A stretch of DNA of 64,000 bases. Origin: Candidatus Latescibacterota bacterium. GTDB taxonomy: Bacteria; Latescibacterota; UBA2968; UBA8231. Location of the stretch: positions 1,408,001-1,472,000 of the forward strand of contig CBDCXV010000010.1 of the NCBI GenBank assembly GCA_965223905.1. The letters run 5' to 3'. The stretch's first letter is position 1. Each line of letters opens with the position of its first letter. Under the pieces are notes generated by a model, which worked only from the letters and a program-made list of their open reading frames with translations, was not told the origin of the DNA and ran no database searches. The position numbers and the translations under genes were made by a program. Shown here piece after piece: positions 9,058 to 19,391 of this stretch.

Positions 9058-9797
9058 CACATCTGAGCGAGGCACAGAAAGCCGTTCTTCTCCTCAACAA
9101 GGGTCTGTCCCCTCGAGCTTCCGCGCTGCGCGGCGACGTCGACTATGGGCAACTGCTGGCGCACTGGCGTGCCGATCCCGAGTTCCGGCAACTCGTGGAC
9201 GACCTCGCGCCAATGCTCGGTCTCAGAGTCATCGATGTTCTCGACCACGCGATCGTTCTCGCACCGTCAGGCCCCGAAAGTGTGTTCGCCGCTACGCTCA
9301 CGGACCTTCGCCAGGGTCTCGGGGAGATGCCGCGCGGCGCGCTCGCTCTCGTTCATATCGCGATTGCGGCGACGTTCTTTCCGACCGCTGCCGTCCTGAC
9401 CGGGGCGCAGGACGACTTCGCGGAGGTCTCCGCCACGCCGGCGAGGGTTGCGGCGGTGCTTAGCGACCACTGCGGGCGCCTGGAGGCCGAAGCGGGGGAC
9501 GACCCCGATCTGGCGGAGGCGGGGCTGGCAGAGGCTTGGCGCGAGCTCGCCCGCCTGCCGGTGGCCAGACCCGACGGCAGCCAGCGTGCCACGCTGAGCT
9601 CGCTCGCGGGCATGGTCAAGCTCGTTCTCAACCAGCTCGAGGAGCACGGGATGGTGCAGACCCTCGATACCGCGGAAGGCGAGACCTATATCCCTACACC
9701 ACGCTACAGGCTGCAGGTGCGTGAGCTTGCCGCCAACGAGCTGTTCGAACGTTGCGCCTCCGTCCTGCCCGGCTTCCTCGATCACGGGAGAGGATGA
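9045..9797 (+). CDS. jetB: Wadjet JetB-like subunit (MukE/ScpB analogue)
   Basis: 250 aa, overlaps jetA; C-terminal winged-helix-like LEEHGMV...YIPTPRYRLQV. Confidence 0.7.
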   Translation: MADLTHLSEAQKAVLLLNKGLSPRASALRGDVDYGQLLAHWRADPEFRQLVDDLAPMLGLRVIDVLDHAIVLAPSGPESVFAATLTDLRQGLGEMPRGALALVHIAIAATFFPTAAVLTGAQDDFAEVSATPARVAAVLSDHCGRLEAEAGDDPDLAEAGLAEAWRELARLPVARPDGSQRATLSSLAGMVKLVLNQLEEHGMVQTLDTAEGETYIPTPRYRLQVRELAANELFERCASVLPGFLDHGRG

Positions 9798-12700
9798 ATG
9801 CGGTACATCACGCGCATCCACCTCTCCGACTGCGGCTGGCACGAGGCCTACTACCCCGGGACCACGATCGAGCTTGCCGATCCCCGGACCGGAAAGCCCA
9901 GGCACACGGTGTTCAGCCTGGAGAACACCGGGGGGAAGACGTCCTTTCTGGCCTTGGTGCTGAGCTGCTTCGATCCCAGTGAAAGGCGGTTCCTGAAGAC
10001 CCTGATCCGACCAAACCAGAAGTTCGGCGACTATTTCGGCGACGTACCTGCGTTCATTCTCGTGGAATGGGACCTCTCGGGCGGTCAGACGAGCTTTCTG
10101 GACGCGCAACGCCTGGTCACGGGCCAACTGGTGGTTCCGCGGGGGGAGGGACGGCAGCGAGAGCTCGACCGACACTTCTTCGCGTTCCGAAGCGCGCCCG
10201 GTCTCGCACTCGACGACATCCCGGCCCCCGGTCTCCCGGGATTCGAAGCGCAGGGCCGGCTCAACGGGCATCAGAATGTGCAGGGCTGGCTCCACACGAT
10301 GCGTTCGAACCACCCCGGCAACTTTCAGAACTTCGACAAGCAGTCGGATTGGAAGCGCAAGCTCGCTGAAGAGAAGATCGACACCGAGCTGCTCGCGGCC
10401 CAGGTTGAGTTCAACCGAAGCGAGGGCGGCATCGAGGACTTCCTGAACTTCCGGAGCGAGTCTGAGTTCGTTCGGAAGTTTCTGGCGATGACCGTGCCGG
10501 AGGCGGAGGCCGGCCCGGTGCGGGCGGTGCTCGCCAAGCATGTCGGCAAGCTCGCGGACTTGCCACGTCTGCAAGGGCGCCGGGACGCGATTCGCCAGTT
10601 GAAGGAACGATTCGCGCCGTTCGTGGAAATCGCCTGTGAGGCAAAGGCAGCGCAGGAGGACTTCTCGCAGCGCCTTGGCAATGCCGCCGGCCTCAAGGCG
10701 GCGCTGGAGGAGCATGGAGCTCAGGCCTCGCAGCAGGCCGCTGCACTTTCCGAAAGGGCCGGCACCCACAACGCAGCCGCAGATCAAGCCGAGGCTGCGT
10801 GCAGGGAGGCGCGAGTCCGGTTCGCTTCCGCACAGGTCGAGATGGCTCGCGGCCGACACGAGGCCGCCAAGGCTTTGGCCGCGACGCGCGAGGAGGAGCT
10901 GGCGCAAGCCAAGTCGCGAGCAAATCTCCTCCAGGGTGCGGTGTCGATGCGGGAGATCCTCGACGACCGCGCGCGAAGCGAGTCGCTTCGAGAGGCGATC
11001 GATGCGGAGCATGCGGACCTCGAACCGCGTCGCGACGTGCTGCGGGGCATGGGCGCTGACCTCGAAGCGACGCTCAACCGACGCGCCGCAGCGATGCGCG
11101 AGCGACAACAGTCCCTGACGGCTGACGCCGCCCAAGCGATGGCGGCGGCACGCGAGGCCGAAGAACAGCGAACGGCCGACGACGAAAGTGCCCAGGCGGA
11201 GCGGCGGAAGATAGCCGGCATCGACGTGGACCTCGGCCACTCGCGGGACTTTCGGGCTCGGCTGGAGGAGGAGGGGGTTCTCGTATCCGGGGAAAGCGCC
11301 GAGGCGGCATCGCACCGCCATGCGGAAGCCGCGCGGGCGGTCCGGGACGAGGCGCTCGATCTGCGCCGTCAGGCCGATGAGAGGGACGAGGCGACCGGGG
11401 CGCACCGTGATTGCCAAGGCGATTTCAAGGCCGAGCGGTCCGGCATCGCAAGCGAGATTAAATCCTTGCAGGAAACCGTCCAGGAAGGCGAGGAGAAACG
11501 CCGTTCTCTGGCCCTTGATTCGACCATTCTCGAGCTGACCGGCGAGAGCGAGGTCGATCCCGAATCGGAGGCAGTCGACCGGGTGCTTTCGAATGCCAGG
11601 GGCAAGTGCGCCGCGACGCTGCGAGACAGCGAGCGACAGCAAGAGCTGCTCGAAGCCGATCGCGAGTCTCTCGAAGCCACCGGACTCGCGTCCATCGACA
11701 AGGATGTACGCGCCGTCACCGAACGGCTTCGAGCCTCCGGCATGCCGGACGCCCAGCCATATGCCACCTACCTGTCCGAGATTCTGCAATCGCCCGACGG
11801 CGTTCGCCGTTTCGCCGAGGCCGACCCGGCCCGCTTCGCCGGCGTTGCCGTCCCCAATCGGAAAGCGCTGGACGAGGCGCGCCGCTTGCTTCAGTCCGCA
11901 CCGCCGCTGAGCCGGGCGGTGACCGTGGCAATTGCCGACGACGTACCCGGTGAGACACCGGGAGACCGGTTCGTCCTGGCGGTCGAAGAACCAGCCGCCT
12001 ACGACCGCGGGGCCGCACAAGAGCTGCGACGGCGCATCGAGGACGATATCGCCCGAATCGGAGAATCGATTGAGGTAGCACGGGGGCGATTGGACAGGCT
12101 GGAGTCCACGCTTCGGAACCTGGGCGCATGGCGCGAACGGTTCGGCGACGGTCGGCTTGACGCGATGCGGCAGTCCATGGAGAAAATGGAGGCGCGCATC
12201 GAGGAGGTCGGAGCCGAACTCGACGCACTGTCGAAGCGCATCGAGAGCGATGAGGAAGATGCCAGGCTCTGCCGTGATCGGGCGCGCGAATGCGACCAGC
12301 AGTCCCACGCCTGCTCTGAACGTGCCCGCCGCGCCAGTGAGCATCAGGCGCAGTGGGAGTCGCGCGTAGAGGATTGGCACTTGGAGCGCCTTCGCCACGA
12401 GCAAGCGGCGCAAGTCGCCGAGGCAGGCGCACGGGACGGGCAGACGAAGCGGGACGCGCTGGAGGACAAAGCCCGCACTTGCGAACAGGACGCGAAGGAG
12501 GAGGCAAGTCGGGCGGCAGACATGGAACGCGAGACCGAAGACATCGAGTACACGGCAGCCGGCGGACGGATATCGGAGGATCTCGATGCCCTGCGCCGCG
12601 ACTACGGGCAGCACCTGGATACGTTGAAGAAACTGGAGCAGGAGCGGGTCGACCATCTTCTCGGGCAGCAACAGGAAATCCAACGGGCTCTGAACGGGAA

Positions 12701-14174
12701 GGAAGACCGCTTCGGACAGGAGTTCGGCGAACTCGACCGAACGAAGGTCGAAGCCGAAGCCGCGCGTGACGGCGTTTTAGAGGCTGCCGCCTCCGCCGAT
12801 GCAGAAATCGAGACGGCGCTTGCGAATGCGTCGACCGCCCGAGCCGATGCAGAAGGCGCGGAGAAAGAGTACCGCTCCGAGAGAGACAGGCGCGCTGCGG
12901 AAATCAAGCCGGACGCCTTGGTTGATCTCCGTGCTCTCCAACCGGACGACTTGGCCGGTATCGCGTCCAAGGCGCAGGAGACTATCGTCCAGCAAGAGGC
13001 TCTCGGAGCACGGGAGGCGGAGGCGGCGGAACGGACGCGCCGGGAGGCGACACGGAACGAGCACGCCGCAAAGGAATACATGAACTGGGGGGCTACGCTG
13101 GATGGCGTGCTGCACGGCGAGTCCGCTTCACCGGATCGGATCGAACTCCCGCGTCACGAAGAGGTAGCGACTGTTGTCAACGACACCGTGTCCGGGCTCG
13201 GCCGAGCGCGCGCCGCGTTGAGCGAAGCGCACAAGCGGGTCTACGGCAGCTACGACGAGATCCGCAGGTTCATGATCTCCCCCACCTTCAGCCGGCTGGA
13301 AGAGGAACGCGAGGTCGCCTTGCACCTGAGCGCAAACGAACCTTTGGCCGTCGCCGCCCACGCACCCGGGACGGCGGCGCTGATCGACGATCGCTTGAAG
13401 AGCATCGAGCACGACCTGTCACGACTCGACGACGATCTCCAGGCGTGCATCGAGGAGTTGGACCATCTATTGCGTACGGCCTTGCATATCGTGCGTCGCA
13501 TGGTCCGGGACGGGAGGATTCCGGACCATGTGCCGCGTTTCGGCGGCCAGCCGGTGTTCCGCATCGGCGCCGACCTAGACCGAATCGCGGCCACGAACCG
13601 CAGGGAGATTCTGCGCGGCTACATCACCGATCTGGTGGAGGATGACCGGGTGCCGGAAAGGGGCCAGGACATCGCCGCGGAGATGGTGGAACGCATGACG
13701 GCGGCGCTGGGCAGGAGCACGCTGGACATCCGACTCCTCAAGCCGAAAGGCGAGGGCGACACCGAGCACATGCCGATCGAGCAAGTGACCGTTTCGGGTG
13801 GAGAGCTACTCACCGCCGCGATGATGATCTACCTCGTGATCGCGAGGCTGCGTGCGGATGCAATGCACCAAGGCACGGGGGAAGCCGGTGTGCTCATCCT
13901 GGACAACCCGTTGGGCAAGGCCAACAAGACGCTGCTGTTGAAGACGCAGATTGGACTCGCGGACGCCATGGGAATCCAACTCTTCTATGCCACCGGCGTT
14001 CAGGACACGAGCGCACTCGCTGCATTCGAGAACATCGTGAGGCTGCGCCGCAATCGGCAGTCCCGGGCCACGCGCCGCATCCATGTTGAGATAGAGGCGA
14101 TGCGCACGCACATCGACAGGAACACGGATGGCGAGCCCTCCGTGGCTGCCCCCGCCGAGTCGGCCGCCGATTAG
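9798..14174 (+). CDS. jetC: Wadjet JetC SMC-like ATPase (type III-like)
   Basis: Walker A LENTGGKT, ~1000 aa of coiled coil, signature VSGGE, Walker B VLILDNPLG; 1458 aa. Confidence 0.85.
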   Translation: MRYITRIHLSDCGWHEAYYPGTTIELADPRTGKPRHTVFSLENTGGKTSFLALVLSCFDPSERRFLKTLIRPNQKFGDYFGDVPAFILVEWDLSGGQTSFLDAQRLVTGQLVVPRGEGRQRELDRHFFAFRSAPGLALDDIPAPGLPGFEAQGRLNGHQNVQGWLHTMRSNHPGNFQNFDKQSDWKRKLAEEKIDTELLAAQVEFNRSEGGIEDFLNFRSESEFVRKFLAMTVPEAEAGPVRAVLAKHVGKLADLPRLQGRRDAIRQLKERFAPFVEIACEAKAAQEDFSQRLGNAAGLKAALEEHGAQASQQAAALSERAGTHNAAADQAEAACREARVRFASAQVEMARGRHEAAKALAATREEELAQAKSRANLLQGAVSMREILDDRARSESLREAIDAEHADLEPRRDVLRGMGADLEATLNRRAAAMRERQQSLTADAAQAMAAAREAEEQRTADDESAQAERRKIAGIDVDLGHSRDFRARLEEEGVLVSGESAEAASHRHAEAARAVRDEALDLRRQADERDEATGAHRDCQGDFKAERSGIASEIKSLQETVQEGEEKRRSLALDSTILELTGESEVDPESEAVDRVLSNARGKCAATLRDSERQQELLEADRESLEATGLASIDKDVRAVTERLRASGMPDAQPYATYLSEILQSPDGVRRFAEADPARFAGVAVPNRKALDEARRLLQSAPPLSRAVTVAIADDVPGETPGDRFVLAVEEPAAYDRGAAQELRRRIEDDIARIGESIEVARGRLDRLESTLRNLGAWRERFGDGRLDAMRQSMEKMEARIEEVGAELDALSKRIESDEEDARLCRDRARECDQQSHACSERARRASEHQAQWESRVEDWHLERLRHEQAAQVAEAGARDGQTKRDALEDKARTCEQDAKEEASRAADMERETEDIEYTAAGGRISEDLDALRRDYGQHLDTLKKLEQERVDHLLGQQQEIQRALNGKEDRFGQEFGELDRTKVEAEAARDGVLEAAASADAEIETALANASTARADAEGAEKEYRSERDRRAAEIKPDALVDLRALQPDDLAGIASKAQETIVQQEALGAREAEAAERTRREATRNEHAAKEYMNWGATLDGVLHGESASPDRIELPRHEEVATVVNDTVSGLGRARAALSEAHKRVYGSYDEIRRFMISPTFSRLEEEREVALHLSANEPLAVAAHAPGTAALIDDRLKSIEHDLSRLDDDLQACIEELDHLLRTALHIVRRMVRDGRIPDHVPRFGGQPVFRIGADLDRIAATNRREILRGYITDLVEDDRVPERGQDIAAEMVERMTAALGRSTLDIRLLKPKGEGDTEHMPIEQVTVSGGELLTAAMMIYLVIARLRADAMHQGTGEAGVLILDNPLGKANKTLLLKTQIGLADAMGIQLFYATGVQDTSALAAFENIVRLRRNRQSRATRRIHVEIEAMRTHIDRNTDGEPSVAAPAESAAD

Positions 14175-14175
14175 C

Positions 14176-15216
14176 GTGCCCACCTTCGAAGAAGCGCTCC
14201 TTGCGCTCGGCAAGCGGCGGATACGTTTGCCCGAGCTTCGCGACGCATATCTTCGCGCCCACCCGGAGGCCCGCAATGCGCCGGACCTGCGCCGGCTTCT
14301 CCTCGAAGCGCTGCGCAGGTTGGAGCGCGACGAAGTTGCCGACCTCCCGGAACCCGGACGGAGGTGGGACACGTCCGGCTCTCCCGCACTTCCTCGGACC
14401 GCGAGTCTCCGCGACGTGGCACGCTCCCGGCGTTCCCCAGAGCCGCACGCCTGGCTGCCGGCTCTTGCTTTCGCGGCGGACGAGCGCCATCCCGTCCGCA
14501 GGGCGGACCTTCAAGCCATCAACGCGTTTCTGGTGTCCGCGCGCGACAAGAGCCTATCCCCGGTGCCGACGCGGGAGCGGTCACTGCAAATCTTCGGGAA
14601 CGAGAAGCGGCTCGACCTTATCCGCAAGGGTGAGCCAACCCTGTTCGAAGGACGCATCTCGCTCGACGACCTTCACTGCTATCCGGTCGCACCACCGCTG
14701 CCGTGTGAAACGCCTGACAGCCCTTCGGCCGGGCGGCCCATTCTCGTGCTGGAGAACTATCATTCCTACGACAGTTTCCAGCGTTGGAACCGGGAGGCAG
14801 CGCTGTACGCCGCAGTCGCTTACGGTGGCGGCAATGCGTTCAGACAGGGAGCCGGCAATCTCGACGAACTGATCGCTCGCACCGCCGCCGATGGCGCCTT
14901 CTATGTCGGTGACCTGGACCCGCCCGGAATCGACATACTACTCGGCGTTAACGAACGTCGTCGGGCAGAGGGACTGACGTCGGTGCAACCCCATCGCGGC
15001 CTCTATGAATGGTTGTTGGAGCATGGCTATCGGCGCCCGTTGGACAAGGCACCCAGGGACGGCTTGGCCTCCCGTCTCGGGGAGGTGTTTCCCGCCGGCA
15101 TCGCCGGCGCGCTTGGCGAACTGTGGGCTGCAGGACTGCGCATCCCGCAGGAGAGCTTTGGCCTTCAACAGCTCCGTGAGGAGGAGGAGGCGATCGCCAG
15201 CCCAGAGAACGCCTGA
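14176..15216 (+). CDS. jetD: Wadjet JetD TOPRIM nuclease (DUF2220-like)
   Basis: GTG at 14176 directly after the jetC stop; RERSLQIFGNEKRL, ILVLENYHSY, YGGG and YVGDLDPPG motifs. Confidence 0.85.
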   Translation: MPTFEEALLALGKRRIRLPELRDAYLRAHPEARNAPDLRRLLLEALRRLERDEVADLPEPGRRWDTSGSPALPRTASLRDVARSRRSPEPHAWLPALAFAADERHPVRRADLQAINAFLVSARDKSLSPVPTRERSLQIFGNEKRLDLIRKGEPTLFEGRISLDDLHCYPVAPPLPCETPDSPSAGRPILVLENYHSYDSFQRWNREAALYAAVAYGGGNAFRQGAGNLDELIARTAADGAFYVGDLDPPGIDILLGVNERRRAEGLTSVQPHRGLYEWLLEHGYRRPLDKAPRDGLASRLGEVFPAGIAGALGELWAAGLRIPQESFGLQQLREEEEAIASPENA

Positions 15217-17842
15217 ACCGCCCGGCATTCCTCTGCACGATCTGCTGCACGTCTGGGGTCGGACGACGGCCGAGCTAGTACGAAAAACCGGACTTCATCC
15301 CCATGGACGTACTCTCCGCTATACATCGGCGTAAGGCCCCTTGTCGTCGCCAGCCGTTAATCGAACACTATCTTCTGAATGCAAGTCCAGTCTATAACGC
15401 ACCTTAGTCCTTCTTTCCCGTTTTTTTGGTAGGCAATCGGGGACGCAGATCAAGGAGGTGGACGCTAAGTGCTACCATACCACCCATCTCCCCCTCGACT
15501 CGCTTGGCCTCTTGACGGAGGATCGACTTCAACTCTTCTAGACCGATGGAAGCTCCGCTGTCCGGGTGTTTCCACTTCTTGCGATCATTTGCAACTGTTA
15601 CCAACAGGCACCCTGATCTTCTGTTCTCTGCCGACATATATTTCTTGACCAACTGGCCATAGATCGTATCCCGCAAATCGCGGGCCGACCTGCCGTCAGC
15701 GAGCTTGAGTTCGATGACCGTTTCGTGGTCGGACACGGCGGAACGCAGACGAATATCCGTTCTACTTTCATCCGCAGTAACTGCTTCTTGGTCAACCTTG
15801 TAACGTCCTTTTGCCGCATGGGTAAGTTCCCGCGCGATCTCGCGGCGCATGACCTTCTCGTCGGTGATTCCCGCCCAAGCGTCCCTAGGCGACGTGTCAA
15901 GTAGAAGGAGGTCTTCAAGTTCTTCCAGACAATCGTTCATTAAGGCGAACATTGCTTCGTTGGTTGAGGGTGGTGCTTCCCCTGTTTTGTCCAGCGCAAC
16001 GGCTTGTGCTTCGTCGAACGGCACTGAATCAATCTCCTGTGCCCAATTTTCCTCCGCAACGGCCAGAATGTGGTCCTTGAAATGTGCACAAATCGGATCA
16101 CTAGCCATCTCTAGCTTCGCTGCCCAGCCCTCTTCGCCTTTCGCCTCCAACAGGGCATTCACAATCTCGTTTCGTGCCTGTTCGGCGTTATCGCGGGTAT
16201 TCGGGGTATAGCTGCCCTCGTGCTCAGCATCGTCAACGGGCCGAACATGGCGATACGAGAGACGAAGTAGTCGCAGCAGCAGTTGCGGTTTGATTTCTGG
16301 AGTCTTCAGATTGATCGCATCATGTCGATCACCGAACAGAACACTGAACCATGTGACCCCTTCACTACGCGCTCCGGGCTCGACCGTTCGGATTCGATTC
16401 TCAAGCGCGGATACACCGAGGTCGGGATCGACCCGCATAAGTGTCGGCAACCAAACAAAAACAAGAGCCTCCGGCAGGTCACTTTGAAGCCGCTCACTCG
16501 CAATAGCGAGAAGGTGCACGCGGGTGTCTTCGTCATCATATTTCAGCATCACGCTGATCACCTGCCGAACCCGCTCGGTGGCCCCCGGGAGATCGCTCCC
16601 AGCATCGACAAAATCTGGGTACCCATCCAGCCATTCCCGAAGTCTTGGGAAAAAACAATTTGGCAACGGACTCAGGCGCGTAACTAATGTCCTGCAATAG
16701 CATCGAATGACCGTTTGCACCCGGTTCCCTACTCAGTTCCCAGCTCAACTCGTTACCGAGTATTTCATCCACCGCGCCCGGATGGGAATCGACCAGACTT
16801 TCCATCCAACTAGGCAACCCATTTAGTTGGATTGGGGCGAATCGCACCGCAAGCTTCGCCTCTTCTTCACTGAGTTTGGTTGCCCATGAGGGATCTTCCG
16901 CCTCGGCATAAATCCCGGCGAGCCCGAGCTGCCAGCGGACAAGAATGGTTCCGCGCTCGTCTTCCGGTCTTTCGCTTGGAAGGGTGGGATGGTCTTGGCG
17001 CCAGATATGCATCAGAGTGCCCCGCAACCGGTCCGCTGTCCCTCTATCGAACTGCTCTTCGATAAAGCGCCGATTCCATCCAGATGTTCGGCTATCTTCG
17101 CCGTCGTGGCTCATTGCCTCCCAGAGATTCCACGCTGTGTTCAATTCACGTTCGGAAGAGAAAGCGCTCTCAGGGCGTTCAGCAACTTCACGCCAGAACT
17201 GAACCCAACTGGCCCTATTCTGCTCGTCTTGCCGTTCTTGTTGCTTCTTTTGCTCAGCCGCCTCCTTTTCCCAGCACTCGAGTTCCCTGTCGTGTTTCGA
17301 TGGCTTCAGGCGCTCATCAATGGCTGCAATTAGATCTGGTTGATCAGCAACCAGCGGTTTCAATGCCCAAACATGATCACGCCACTTTTCAGGGTCTGGC
17401 ACTAGGCGCATCGCCCCCTCCAATAACATAGCTCGGTCGTCTTTGGAGCGGGCAGTGTCGCTGAGGGCTTCCTTGATCCAGTCCAGATCCCGCTCTGCTC
17501 GAACCTTGACAGGCCCGTCACGCAATGTGACTTCCGCCCAGCGCTTCCAAGGATCCGCGATTTCGTGGAGTGATTGAACCAAAGAATCTTCCGCCCAAAA
17601 GAGGCAGGCATTCTCATATGCAGCAAGGTTCTCGAGTCGCTCCCGAAGCGCTTTCTGCGCCTCGTCGCTGGTGAATTGGGGATGATGTAGACGAAGCGCA
17701 AGAACGCTAGCATTCAGCCAGCCATCGCTCTTGTTTCCGTCGAGTCCTCGAACGCAAGTCGCGGCCAATGCACCGCTCAGATGGGGCCGGTCGCATACAA
17801 TGTGTGGCCTTCGCCAGTGGAGCCCGGCAGAAAGTAACTCAA

Positions 17843-19391
17843 CCCTCTGGTTGCATAAAAACAGGGCTTTTTTCTTCTCCGGAGTGCACCTTGTCACTTG
17901 CGGCGCCCTCTGAAAAAGGGGGTATTTGATACGGTCACCCATGACCTGTATCGACCCCTTCCAGGAGGACACCGCAAGTGAGGTTCAGAAAACAAGACAT
18001 TTTGGCCCGTTTTCACAAGCTCCCGCGTCTTCGCTTCGAAGATCAACGGCTTACTTCCTTTGCGGGAGTGATCGTTTTTCAACTGCTCTTTCGGCGCTTG
18101 GATCTAAAGACTCGACTGAAGTCCTGCTTCCCCGCCAAAAGCGCAGCGACCTTTGCTCCCCATGTCATTGTGTTGTTGCTCATCGTGCATCTGTTGCTGG
18201 GCTTCCGGCGGCTGCGGGACGTGGACTATTACCGGGACGATCCGGTGGTCCTGCGTTTGTTGGGCTTACGTCGCCTGCCGGATGTGGCCACCCTCAGTCG
18301 CGCGCTGGCAAAAATGGGCCATTCAAGTATCGCAAAAGTGCGACACCTGTCTTCGACCCTGGTCATGCAAGCGCTCCAGCGTGAGCGCTTCCCCCGTCTG
18401 ACTCTCGACTTCGACGGCTCGGTGATCTCCACCTGTGGTCATGCCGAAGGGACCGCCGTTGGCTATAATCCGAAAAAGAAGGGGGCGCGCAGCTACTACA
18501 ACCTGTTCTGCACGGTGGCGCAAACCGGACAGTTTCTGGATGTCCTTCACCGGCCCGGCAACGTCCATGACAGCAAGGACGCCCATGCGTTCATGATGGA
18601 CGCCTTCGATCGCGTGCGCGACGCCTTGGCGCCCACCGTGCTCGAGTCGCGACTGGACAGCGCCTTCTTCAGCCAAAACACGCTCACTCTCATGGACCTG
18701 TATGGCGTCGGATGCACGATCAGTGTCCCTTTCGAACGCTTTCCCGTACTCAAGGACCAGATCGAAGCGCGCCAGCGCTGGCGCTACCTCGATGAGCACT
18801 GCTCCTATTTCGAGAGTGACTGGAAACCGGAAAGCTGGCCGGCCTGCTACCGGTTTCTGTTTGTGCGCCGTGCGGTGCCGCGTCAGACCAAGCAAGCGCT
18901 GCAACTGGATCTGTTCGAACCCCGGCACATCGATCACGAGTACCGCGTTGTGGTTACCAACAAGATGAACTCGCCACGCAGCGTGCTCCTCTTCCACTAT
19001 GGCCGCGGCGCCCAGGAAGGGATCTTCGCCGAGGCCAAGCAACAGGCCGGGCTGGATCTGATCCCCACCCGACGGTTGCTCGGCAACCAGATGGTTACTT
19101 TGTGTGCGATGATGGCCCACAATCTGGGACGCGAAATGCAGATGCTGGCGCAGCCGCGATCGAACTATTCGCGCGCCAAACGGCCGGCGGCGTGGACCTT
19201 CCAAACCTTGGACACGCTGCGTCATCGCTTCATTCAACGCGCCGGGCGCCTCACTCAGCCCAAGGGCGAGTTGACCCTGACCCTGAACTCCAATCCAAAA
19301 GTCGAGAAAGATCTGTTGCATTTCCTCGAAATCCTGAAGGAAGCCGCCTGATCACAACCACCGCTTCAAACAGATTTATGCAACGTTAGGG
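17843..19391 (+). mobile_element. IS1380-family insertion sequence
   Basis: Terminal IRs CCCTCTGGTTGCATAAA / CCCTAACGTTGCATAAA (reverse complement); TCAA(C) target duplication at 17839-17842 and 19392-19395. Confidence 0.9.
17978..19351 (+). CDS. IS1380-family DDE transposase
   Basis: LTSFAG, LTLDFDGS, RPGNVHDS, RLDSAFF and YGRGAQEGIFAEAK motifs. Confidence 0.9.
   Translation: MRFRKQDILARFHKLPRLRFEDQRLTSFAGVIVFQLLFRRLDLKTRLKSCFPAKSAATFAPHVIVLLLIVHLLLGFRRLRDVDYYRDDPVVLRLLGLRRLPDVATLSRALAKMGHSSIAKVRHLSSTLVMQALQRERFPRLTLDFDGSVISTCGHAEGTAVGYNPKKKGARSYYNLFCTVAQTGQFLDVLHRPGNVHDSKDAHAFMMDAFDRVRDALAPTVLESRLDSAFFSQNTLTLMDLYGVGCTISVPFERFPVLKDQIEARQRWRYLDEHCSYFESDWKPESWPACYRFLFVRRAVPRQTKQALQLDLFEPRHIDHEYRVVVTNKMNSPRSVLLFHYGRGAQEGIFAEAKQQAGLDLIPTRRLLGNQMVTLCAMMAHNLGREMQMLAQPRSNYSRAKRPAAWTFQTLDTLRHRFIQRAGRLTQPKGELTLTLNSNPKVEKDLLHFLEILKEAA

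Noticed and set aside
9267-12683. 1138-aa antisense ORF (also 3571-5085, 38927-40516, 47545-50268, 50311-51825, 61471-62838, 63139-63993)
   Set aside because: Shadow frames opposite well-supported genes in high-GC DNA; no recognisable motifs
15270-15330. ...CTCTCCGCTATAC after jetD as another IS91-like end
   Set aside because: Only the last 6 bases match; no upstream similarity to the other copies
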